Shown in pieces: positions 17,801 through 27,600 of a stretch of 54,909 nucleotides of DNA (positions are counted from its first letter, which is position 1; each line of letters begins with the position of its first letter). Location: the IMG/VR virus record IMGVR_UViG_3300021425_000049, positions 1 through 54,909 of that record; one strand, given 5' to 3'. Both the position numbers and the translations under genes were made by a program. The stretch comes from a virus. Lineage: Duplodnaviria; Caudoviricetes. The notes beneath the pieces are model-generated. The model had not been told where the DNA came from. It did not search any database and saw nothing but the letters and a program-made list of their open reading frames with translations.

Positions 17801-20800
17801 TTTGCTAATAGAGTAGATGCTCTTTGGACAGATGTAATCAATCTAATACAATATGATCAGTTACCAAGCGAAGGAACTGAATATACTGTTCCTGGCCCAG
17901 CAAGCAATGAACTTATATACACACGAGATCAGTTGGTAGCCAACAGAGATTTCTTAAAAGCAGAAACCACTGCATACATTAACAACAACTACTTTGTATA
18001 CGACCAAGCCAAGTGCGAAAGAGACACTGGTTTAATTATTGATGCTGCTTATTATGATGCTGCATTAGGAACGAATTACAATGCAGTAACAGCAGGTCTT
18101 GCTTATCAGAGAGCAAACAGTGCATATGTTCAAAGCGATCAACAAACAGAAACTGTTGCTGCAATCAATTTTGCAAAAGGCGAAGCTAGCACAGCAACAG
18201 CAGGCGATGCTACTGCACAAAGTCGTGTTGAAGCAGCATTTGATGAAGTAGTTGATATTATTGTTAACGGAACAACCAGCACAGATGATGCTGCTGATAC
18301 ACTAGTATGGAACACAGTAAACTTACAAACTGCATTTCAGGTTCAAGCAAAAAATCAACTGCAAAATAACAGAGAATTTTTAGCAGCAGAAGCAGTAGCA
18401 TTTATTGAAAATAACTATGTAAACTTTACTTACGACCAGGCCAAGTGTGAAAGAGATATTGGCCTAATGTTGGATGCAGTAGCACTTGATGTTGCACTTG
18501 GAACAAACTATAACAGTGTTACAGCAGGTCTTGCTTATCAGAGAGCAAGTAGCAGTGTAGTTCAAGACGGTCAGCTATTACAGACAAAAGCAGCAATTGA
18601 ATTTTTAAGAGATGCAACAGTTCTTTTAGGATTTACTCAAGATGCAGAAACAAGAGTATTAGCAGGTTTTAACGAAATAATTGATATACTTGAAAATGGA
18701 GTTGTTAGCACAGATACAGCAGCAGATGCATTGGTATTTCCAACTCCAACAGGAGCAAGTGCAGACAAAGTTGCAGCAAAAGATCAATTAATTGCAAATA
18801 AAGAATTTATAAAAGATGAAATTATAGCATGGATTGCTGCAAACTTTCCAAGTCTAACATATGACTCAACCAAATGCGAAAGAGATGTTGGTTATATTGT
18901 TGATGCATTGTGTCATGATATTTTATACGGAGGAAACTTTGCAACTCGAACAGTGGCAAACAGCTACTTTGTAGATGGAGTCAGTCAACTAGGCGATCCT
19001 GCAGAAGAAGCTGCAACGGCAGATGCTTATGGAAGATTAGCAGATATTGTAGGCGATATTGTAATTGAAGCTGCTGTAGTTAAAACACCAGCAAACGCAT
19101 TAAATCAAGACACAACAGGCACTCCAGCAAGCTCTACAGAAGCAGATGAAGTATCGGGCTTAGTCCAAGTTATAAGACAAGTTATTGCAGATGGCAATTT
19201 AACAAGTCTTCCAACAGAACAACTTCCTAGTGTGCTTTGGGCAACAGTAGATTATCAGCAAGGTTACAATACTATTAAAGGCAACAAAGTATTGCTTCAA
19301 ACTGATACAACTGACTTTATATCAGATACCTTCCAAAGTTTTACATTTAACACTGATAAATGTAATAGAGACACAAAATACATTGTTGATGCACTAACGT
19401 ATGATATCTTTTATGGTGGTAATAGTGCAAGTGTTGAAGCAGCAAGAAGCTACTTTGTTGGTGCCGTTAGTCAAGTTGCTGGACAGCAAACCGAAACAGC
19501 AAATGCCTTAGCATATATTTCTACAATAATTAGAGATGTGTTACTAGATGTAGCGGTTGCAAATCCAGAACAAACTGATGAAACACAAGATACAACTGCA
19601 AGCACTGCTACTAATGATGAAGTTACAAAAGCACAATCATTACTACAGACTTTCCAGGATGTAATTATCAACGGAATTGATAATCTTCCTACTGTAACTT
19701 ATCCAAATGCAAATCCAATTACACCAAGTGAATTAAGCATACAGGCTGCTGTTGATAATTTAGCATCTGAAAAATCTACTATTATTACAGATACAATAGA
19801 CTTTATTTCAACTACATACAATGGATTTAGTTATGACGAAGATAAATGTGCTAGAGATGTAGGATACATTGTTGACGCTGTTGTTCACGATGCATTATAC
19901 ACAGGTAATTATGCTACACTGGTAGCAACTAATGCTTATTTCTTAGGAGCAGCGCAATACATTCCTCCTAGTCAGGTTTCACAAACTGTAGATGCATTTA
20001 CACATTTGAAATCAGTAGCAGGTGAATGTATTAAAGGTGTTGCTGTTACTCCTACACCAGGAAATGCAGAAACACAAGTTTTAGGTGGAAATTACGGCAC
20101 CACAATAGAAGAAGCAACATGCGATGATTTATTTGATCTTGTAATTGATGCTATTAATACAGGTGGCACAGTAGGACCTCAGTATACACAAGTATTACCA
20201 GACTTTACTTGGTTAAGTGATGCAACAAAATTGGTTGCAGCAGATCTACTAAGTCAAAAAGCCATAATACAAAACACTGTTATTACATACATTACTGATA
20301 ACTTAATTGGTTTCGAATACAATATTGACAAGTGTAAAAGAGATACAGGTTATATTATTGATTCTGCAATATACGATATGATGTATGGCGGTAACAAGCA
20401 AACTAAACGTGCAGCAGAAGCATATTATAATGGAGCAATCCTAGGTGCTGCAAAAGTCGGAAATGCAGATCAAACCTTAGTAACTGCCTATACATATTAT
20501 CATTTGGCAAATGTAATGCAAAAGGTAGCAAACAATGTTGCTATCACAAAGAGTTATAATAACCCGGAAACGCAAGATTTAAGTATACCAGATGGATCTA
20601 CCATAGGCGGTGATACATTAAAAATACTAGTTGATAGAATAGGTTTAGCTATACAACAAGAGTATACTACAGGTTGGACACAACTAGAACACAACTATCT
20701 ATTAGGTAGTAGTGAATACTTAGAAGATCGAAATACAATTCTCGAAGCCGAAGATTCAATTGTAGATAATACTATTGCAGACTTGAATTTACAATTTGGT

Positions 20801-21571
20801 GGTATTGCTAACATTACAGTATTCCCAGGAGTTGTAAGTGTAACTACAGATAAATTTGCTGCACTTTATAACGTGTCAACTATTTCAACATCGGGTCATG
20901 CCTTTGAATACGTAGGTGCTGGTATAACATACAATGCACTTCCGTTCTTTGGCGGAACTGCAATACCTGAAGAAGAAATTAAAGAATCAAACCAAGGTAA
21001 AGTGTTTGCCGGAGGCACAGTTGACCAAATTGGTAACTTTAGAGTTGGTAACTTCTTTGCAGTAAATGCTCTTAATGGTAGTATTACACTTAACGCTAAT
21101 CAATTAAACCTAAGCGGTTTAACAAGTATTGGACCACTGATTAGAGACGGTGTGCCAGTTGGTGTTGAGATGAAAGAAATCAGCAACAACCCAGCATTGT
21201 TAGCAAGCACAGGTGCAATAGATGCAAACACTGTTCCTACACAAGCAGCAGTTTCAACATATGTTGAAAACAGATACTTAAACAAACTTACAGGTGGCAC
21301 TGTAAACGGTAGCACAACGTTTGATATTGACGTAACTGTTGACGGAACTTTAATTCTAACAAATAACGATTTAGAAGTTCAATACGGCGGAACGGGTGTA
21401 AGCGAATTCACAGAAGATGGTATTTTGTATGGTGACACTGCTAACCCTATAAAAGTTACGGCAGCAGCAGGCACATCCGATGCAACAGACAGTTTCCAAA
21501 TACTCACTGTAACAAGTGATGTTGATAGCACTCCAATATGGACTGACACAATTGATGGTGGTAGCTTCTAA
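14897..21571 (+). CDS. Giant fibre/appendage-like protein: beta-helix domain with 10 phycobiliprotein-like repeats
   Basis: N-terminal YVSQDGDDANDG..RTIKSA..PGDYYE beta-helix cap; repeats Yx3KCxRDxGYIxDA..D..YGGN; C-terminal IDGGSF. Confidence 0.8.
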   Translation: MKFFKRQTIHERKVGDGSIILTADGNVEITPPSGEVTIDGNVNISGDASGPKTTDVLYVSQDGDDANDGRSEGKFGAKRTIKSAVEQSVPGTTIIVAPGDYYENNPITLPDFVTITGQGELRNTRIFPKNNTQTIFYVGNGCYLYQLTFRGLRYPGWCAEIRPGTLCTTSPYIQNCTNMNGPWLNDGTEFIPFETVQIEGIEPSARPLMVEDYPDLPFDKQINDTGGGGGMYVDGDAYDPASLVFSFVADAFTQIAQGGIGFWIDNFGYTQIVSCFTVFCSTGFKTTNGGYLSISNSVSDFGLEGCVADGFYPIAYTTAKPTQDYFSSVASVTVDNPGAGYTSAPTVTFEAPEGAGGITATGTADIDNTTGRVSGVTILNGGSGYTRIPSVTFSGGGPTVDAQGIVNLSSNTVIQIDSLRDKPATGSIIKFQEDDTYYFITGSEIVQPPFVYDEDVCRRDTRRIIDAVTGDVVLGTTYQSQAAATSYLRATASKVLLDQLAPTVYALEAARDYMKAEITNEAMKDEIDQRFNIITSTLNAGDSSVIPEAGSDLVLNDLPDIDPGIKQAKDNILDNRDFIIEEVTAYINDQFTELSYNQLQYEEDMQNLIKGIAMYVALGSNQHVVRLGQEIEIRARFKTLYINSFKFIQNALENLAQVQADATALERVTEGMNTFVNITDDGDSSLIVIDIPNHDGASGTSNPKDAKDQLLANKDFITAEFVAYIQNENPDFTIDAAQFELDFERFVEALAFDVLYGGDSATVQETKYYYGNFDFTALESTELQTMVDAFARMRFVLGRVVRGLFVTKTPGNAESQDFSQLTATASEADAIDALLFNTQDVIENLTLTRLPTEKTYPVFETEAQALQDAANTVLGQETIIIANAQADINATYPTLTYNIDKCKRDVGYIIDAVYIDAQLESNHNSITAGLAYHRANTAYLNVEQKPATIIALLEAKRLSVDAAARDVNFANRVDALWTDVINLIQYDQLPSEGTEYTVPGPASNELIYTRDQLVANRDFLKAETTAYINNNYFVYDQAKCERDTGLIIDAAYYDAALGTNYNAVTAGLAYQRANSAYVQSDQQTETVAAINFAKGEASTATAGDATAQSRVEAAFDEVVDIIVNGTTSTDDAADTLVWNTVNLQTAFQVQAKNQLQNNREFLAAEAVAFIENNYVNFTYDQAKCERDIGLMLDAVALDVALGTNYNSVTAGLAYQRASSSVVQDGQLLQTKAAIEFLRDATVLLGFTQDAETRVLAGFNEIIDILENGVVSTDTAADALVFPTPTGASADKVAAKDQLIANKEFIKDEIIAWIAANFPSLTYDSTKCERDVGYIVDALCHDILYGGNFATRTVANSYFVDGVSQLGDPAEEAATADAYGRLADIVGDIVIEAAVVKTPANALNQDTTGTPASSTEADEVSGLVQVIRQVIADGNLTSLPTEQLPSVLWATVDYQQGYNTIKGNKVLLQTDTTDFISDTFQSFTFNTDKCNRDTKYIVDALTYDIFYGGNSASVEAARSYFVGAVSQVAGQQTETANALAYISTIIRDVLLDVAVANPEQTDETQDTTASTATNDEVTKAQSLLQTFQDVIINGIDNLPTVTYPNANPITPSELSIQAAVDNLASEKSTIITDTIDFISTTYNGFSYDEDKCARDVGYIVDAVVHDALYTGNYATLVATNAYFLGAAQYIPPSQVSQTVDAFTHLKSVAGECIKGVAVTPTPGNAETQVLGGNYGTTIEEATCDDLFDLVIDAINTGGTVGPQYTQVLPDFTWLSDATKLVAADLLSQKAIIQNTVITYITDNLIGFEYNIDKCKRDTGYIIDSAIYDMMYGGNKQTKRAAEAYYNGAILGAAKVGNADQTLVTAYTYYHLANVMQKVANNVAITKSYNNPETQDLSIPDGSTIGGDTLKILVDRIGLAIQQEYTTGWTQLEHNYLLGSSEYLEDRNTILEAEDSIVDNTIADLNLQFGGIANITVFPGVVSVTTDKFAALYNVSTISTSGHAFEYVGAGITYNALPFFGGTAIPEEEIKESNQGKVFAGGTVDQIGNFRVGNFFAVNALNGSITLNANQLNLSGLTSIGPLIRDGVPVGVEMKEISNNPALLASTGAIDANTVPTQAAVSTYVENRYLNKLTGGTVNGSTTFDIDVTVDGTLILTNNDLEVQYGGTGVSEFTEDGILYGDTANPIKVTAAAGTSDATDSFQILTVTSDVDSTPIWTDTIDGGSF
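16243..20797 (+). repeat. Tandem ~140-162 aa protein repeats (10 units, 8 with CxRD)
   Basis: Cys codons at 16265, 17600, 18014, 18446, 18875, 19361, 19847, 20333; Cys-less units near 16690 and 17105. Confidence 0.9.
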
Positions 21572-21594
21572 AAAGCTACCACTTTTACTCCTAT

Positions 21595-21679
21595 GATAAA
21601 TAACTTTATAACGATTTCTATCGTATAAAAACGGGCGTCTGCATAGACCTGACCCAGACCTAAATAGGAGGCAGCCGTA
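21595..21679 (+). promoter_or_regulatory. Late promoter GATAAATA plus structured 5' leader
   Basis: GATAAATA 21595-21602; hairpins ACGAT-TTCT-ATCGT and GTCT-GCAT-AGAC; AGGAGG SD. Confidence 0.55.
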
Positions 21680-24600
21680 ATGGCAACAAAGATTAGACAC
21701 AAGCGAAGTGCGGTCGCGGGTAAACAACCCCTAGTATCTCAATTAGATTCAGGCGAATTAGCAATTAACACAGCAGATGGTAAAGTTTTCCTACTGCGTG
21801 ACGATTCAACAGTTCAAGATATTACAAAACGTATTTTTGACAATGATACAGAAATTGTTGTCACCGATCAAGGTGCAGAGAATGTAGCAGAAATAAATGT
21901 TAGAATGAACGGAGTTGATACTGCTCAATTTACAGCAGCAGGTATGAACTTGTATAATGATTTAGATATCGAAAATGCAAAAACTTTAACATTCAAAGAA
22001 CTTACCGCAGCAGGCGACGACGGTGTAGGTATTAAAGCACCGGATGTGTTAGACTCAGGTTACAATATGACATTGCCTCCGTCACAAGGAACAGTGGGTC
22101 AGATATTAGCAACAAACGGAAGCGGTGAATTATTTTTCCAAGATGCTGATATCTTTGGAGGAAACACAGTATATGTTTCGCAAGAACAAGGTGATGATGC
22201 TAACGATGGACAGAGCGCTCCAGTTAGAACTGTTAAAAGAGCCTGTCAAATTGCCTCCGGGTTGGTTTACAATGCAGACGGTAGTATCAACTTTAAACGT
22301 GTAAACATCAAAGTTGCGGTTGGCGACTATACAGAACAAAACCCAATTATTGTTCCAGATAACACAGTTATCAAAGGCGACGGTTTGCGTGGTTGTATTA
22401 TCCGTCCTGCAAACGCCAACTTGGACATGCTACGTGTTCGTAACGCATGTTACTTTGGTGAATTTACGTTCCGTGATGGTGTAGACAACAACTTTGTTCC
22501 TACTATTACAGCAGACTATGCCGTGGCATTTGACGATCCTTTTGATCCTGCTGTAACAGACCGTGCAGATTATACAAATCTACCAGATACAAGACCAACA
22601 ATCTTTACATCACCATATATTCAGAACTGTTCGATTATTTCGTTCTTAGGTATGAACGGTGCTAAGATTGACGGTTCAAAAGTTGAATCACCCAACGTTC
22701 CGACATACGGTATTGAGGCTGAGAATCCGGTTATTGGTGCTATACCTGAACAAGGTAAGTCAATGGTTGCTAACGCATTTACTATTCTATCATTTGGTGG
22801 AACAGCGTGGCGACTAACCAACGATGCTTATGCACAGATCGTGTCTTGTTTCGAAATTTTCCTACTCAACGGTGTTTACTGTCAGTCAGGCGGATATTGT
22901 TCAATTACCAACTCTGCTACAAACTTTGGTTTATATGCTCTTAGAGCTAGTGGGTTTTCGCCAAAAGCATTCCAATTTGATAGAAGTTTTGTTACAGCAA
23001 CCGGTGCTGCTGACGGAAAACAAACAGTAAGCATTGTAGGTATTAATCGTGACGCTCCTGTTGAAGAATTTGTTTTACGCTTTAGAGAATCAGAATATAA
23101 GAAAGCATATGAGTTACTTTTATCAAACAAAGATCTAATTGCTTCAGATGTTGTTACATGGATTAACGGACAAATCAGTGCAGCAACACCTAGTATCTGG
23201 GCAGGCTTTACATACAATGAAGACAAATGTAAAAGAGATGTTCAAAAAATATTAGATGCAATTAGATATGATATTTTATTCAACAGTAATTACAGAACAA
23301 TTAGTGCAGCATTACGCTATTTTAACGGTAATGGAACATATTTCTTAAACAACCAAGTCGACCAAACTGTTGCAGCTTTTGCTCAAGCAAAAACGTATAC
23401 AGCTAACTATTTGTCAGATGCAACTGCGACCAGCAGAGCAAATGCGCTGTGGGATGAAGTAATTGACATTATTCAAAATGGTGAAGGTAATGCTGATGCA
23501 TACAGCTATCCTACACCAACAAGCGGCACTGATAATGCTAGTGATACTGGTTATTTAAATGCAGCTACCCAATTAACAAACAACACTGCATTTATAAAAG
23601 ACGAAGTAAACAGCTGGATTGCAGATCAGGTATCCGGAGAAATAGCACCTTTTACAAGTAGTTTTGTTTACGACACTGCAAAATGTGCAAGAGACATTGG
23701 TCTTATAATTGATGCGTTAATTTATGACTTAACCTACGGCGGTAATTTACAAACTTACGAAGCAGCACTTGCATACTTTGTTGACGGTGTAGCACAATAC
23801 GGTAGCGGCCAGTTAGAAGAAACTGTTGCTGCTTATGGTAGATTGAAAACAGTAGTTGAACAAGTTATTGTTGAAACTGCGGTAACAACATCAAGTGGAA
23901 CTGTAGAAACACAAGACACAACAGCAGATGCTGGTAGTGCAGCCGCAGCAACCACAGCCGGCGATAGAATACAAGAAATTATTGATTACCTAAACGATTC
24001 GTCAACTCTTCCAACTAGAATTGAGCCGGATCTTACTTGGGTAAACAGTAATCCGGAATATAGTGCCTATGCAGAATTAGACACCACAGGTCAAATTAAT
24101 ATAGCACAAAATGTTACACAATGGATTAATGAACAAATCCAGGCTAACATTTGGTATGGATTTACATACGATGCATCCAAGTGTAACAGAGATACTCAAC
24201 TTATTGTAGAAGCTGTTGCAAAGGACACTTGGGACACAGGTAACAGATATTCACGTAGTGCTGGTCTTGCATACTATACACGTAACTTGCAAGATAGTTC
24301 TCAGATAACAATCAGTGGGCAGGAATTACAAACTATTGCTGCTATTGATTATGCTAAAACAGAAGCATTAACGTATATTTCAAGTTTGGCAACAGCAGTG
24401 CAAGATTTTGTCGGAGCAAGTTTTGATATTGTTACTACAATTATTAATGATCCTAATGACTTGCCAGATCCTACTGAAGTAAGTAGTGCAGGCGATATTA
24501 CAAATAATTACAAAACTACTCCTACAGAAACAACATTTAATGCTGCCACAGCAGTCAATGCAACTACTAACATTATAACAATTGTAGGACATGGATTTAC

Positions 24601-27600
24601 AAACGGACAAAAAGTTATTTACGATCCAAATGGTAATGCAGTAATACAAGGACTTGACGACGAACAACAATATTATGTCAAACTTCTTAGTGAAGATGAA
24701 TTTACACTAGCGTTTGACGATAGTTTGGATTTTGATGTTAACATTATTTCTACAAGCACAGGCACACACAAATTCCTTTCTGGTGTAATAGAATTCTTTG
24801 TTGACGAGATTTTAAGTAGTCACACAACTTACCAAACACTAGAATTAGAATCTGGATCTGAAGGATTTGAATTTGTTCCTGGTAGAGCAATTACAGGCAC
24901 AACAGGATCAAATAATAACAGTGCTATTGTTACAAGTTGGACACCTAGAGATCGTTTACTTGTAGTCAGTATTGAAGAGGTTGCAGTAGGACAAAGTCTA
25001 CTGCGTATCCAATTTGACGAAACAAGTGTTATTGATTCGGACCATACAAGTGGCACACCTAATACTAATATTGGTGTTAACGAAGCTGCTTCTAAACTAG
25101 GACTAGGCACAGCAACATTCAGTGTTACAGCTACAGACGGAAGTAGTGCATTGTCTAATCTATCAAACCTGCCAGAAGTGCAATGTTGGTTCCACAGGCC
25201 TTCTGTTGTTAACTCATCTGCACACACTTGGGAATATGCAGGTTCTGGAACAGACTATAATGCATTACCACAAAACGGTGGTAACACTAGATCAGAATAC
25301 GAACAGTTTGAAGAATTGCCAGGACGAGTTTATTCATCAGGAACAAACGAACTTGGTGACTTTAAAGTTGGTGACTTTATTACAGCGTTTAACAGAACTG
25401 GTAATATTACCTTTAGAAACAAAGTGCAGGTGGACGAACTTGATGCACTGAGATTGAGCTTGTCAGATGTTGCTATTGAAGAAATTTCAACCAGTGTTAA
25501 CTTGGGTGACGATGAAATTGGCGGACCTGCTGATAGTAGACTTCCTACACAGTTAGCAGTAAGAAGCTTTATTAGTAACAGACTAGGTGGCTTTGTTGAC
25601 AAAACTGTATCTACTGCGGCCGTGCCGGGTGCTATTGTTCAGTTGAACGTCAATGGCCAGCTAAACCCTGATTTGATTCCGGCCACACGTCAGTTTACAA
25701 ACACAAATACACCAGGTTACCAATCACGACTAGAACAAGTAGACGATATTCCAGCTGTTGATTTGAAAGCTGGTGATATTGCTACTGAGAACTACGAACA
25801 GGTAGAACTTGCATTGAGCGGCATCATCACCGCTAATGACGGCGATGAAATAACACAACCTGGTGTAGCAGGAGCCGTGGCGTATTCAAAAGGCAACTAC
25901 AGCCTAAGCACTAACATACTTGTTGTTACACAGGGCGGTGCCTGGGATGATAACGAAGACTCAACAGGAGATCCATGGGAAGTAAGTGCAGGAAATCTTT
26001 TTGTAAATGGCGTAGATTCAGGCGTAAACATTACATCTAAAGGACCAAGCACAGAGATTGTTGACAACTGGTTCTTACGTAGTTCAAATTCAAGTCAGTT
26101 CTTGGTATTAGATGCAACTCAAAGTTATACGTTTACCACTGATGAAACATGTAGTTTGACATTTGCAGAACGTAACAGCGATATTGCAACTGTAACAACC
26201 AGTGCTGCACACAATCTACAAGTAGGTAATACAGTTCAAATTTTGAACACAACAGACGAAACATTTAATGAAAATGGTCTAGTTTTAAGTGTTCCTAGCT
26301 CTACGACATTTACTTACACAAACGTAGACAGTGCTGATCCTACAAAAGCAAGTGCAGCAGCAACAGGAACAGTTAGAACTATTGTTACCTCTGCAGACGG
26401 TAATGCTCAAGGTGCTGTTACAGAATTCCGCAGTGGTATTGCTGTAAACGTAGACAACGCAAATATCGTAGGCGGTAGTGGTTACCAGCCTGTTTTAGGA
26501 ACACTGGTTTACGAAAGTGTGCCATTACAAGCCAAAACAGGGTCAGGAACAGGAGCAACAGCTAACCTTACAATCACAGCAGGACAGGTAACAGATGTTG
26601 ATGTAAACAGAGGTGGAACCGGGTATGCTGTGGGCGATCTATTAGAAATCAATGCCAGTGATGTGGGTGGCACAGGAAGCGGATTTGAAATAGAAGTAAC
26701 AGCTATTGAAAAACGTGCATATGTGAATATTTTAGGTGGCGAACTGTTTGTTGCTAGTGCATCATCATTAGACTTTGTGGAAGATAACACTGCTGTTGCT
26801 ACTGCAAAAGAAATAAACCTAGACGATGTTATAACACATAATTTCTTAGCTGGTGATGTAAGTGGTGGCGGTAATGTTGACTATACAACTTATAGAATAA
26901 CAATTCCAAACCACGGAATGAAAAATGGCGATCCGGTATTGTATGATACTATAGGAAACGTTCCAATTGGCGGATTGTTAAACGAACAGGTATACTATGT
27001 AAAGCGTATTGATAGTAATACTATTGAATTATATGAAGGCTTTGCACTACTTAATCAAGTTGAATTTACAAGCACACCGGCTAACAACAATCATAACATC
27101 ACACGTCAAACAATAAACATAACAGATAATAGTATTATTGTTGAGGATCACGGTTTAACCACAGGTGATGCTATACGTTTTGAATCATTAACTGATGGAT
27201 CAAGTGCTAACGAACTGTTCGGCACAGTTGGCGCAGGCGGACCAGTTGACACCGGCTCTAGATTCTTTGTTGGTTCTGTTACTACAAACTCATTTACAAT
27301 ACACGCACTGCGTTCTGACGCATTGAGTAGCATAAACGACTTGGTAACAAATGCTCAAGATATTACAACAATAGGTGTAGGAACTGCTGAAGTTATTACT
27401 AACAATGTTCAAGTTGAAAGTGTAATTAATACATCAAGTAGATTGCTTGATAACTGGAACACACTTGCTGTTACAAACATTGACGCAGAAAATATTATTT
27501 CGGGAACTATTTCACCTTCGAGATTGGCAAGTGCAGGAACACCTAACACAGATACTTTCTTGCGTGGTGATAGTAGCTATCAAACTGTTGTTCAAAGTCT

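Noticed and set aside
17990-18560. Near-identical DNA segments between repeat units 5 and 6 as a DGR template/variable pair or a CRISPR array
   Set aside because: They are in-frame coding duplications; no adenine-specific pattern noted, no reverse transcriptase in the window, no repeat-spacer structure.
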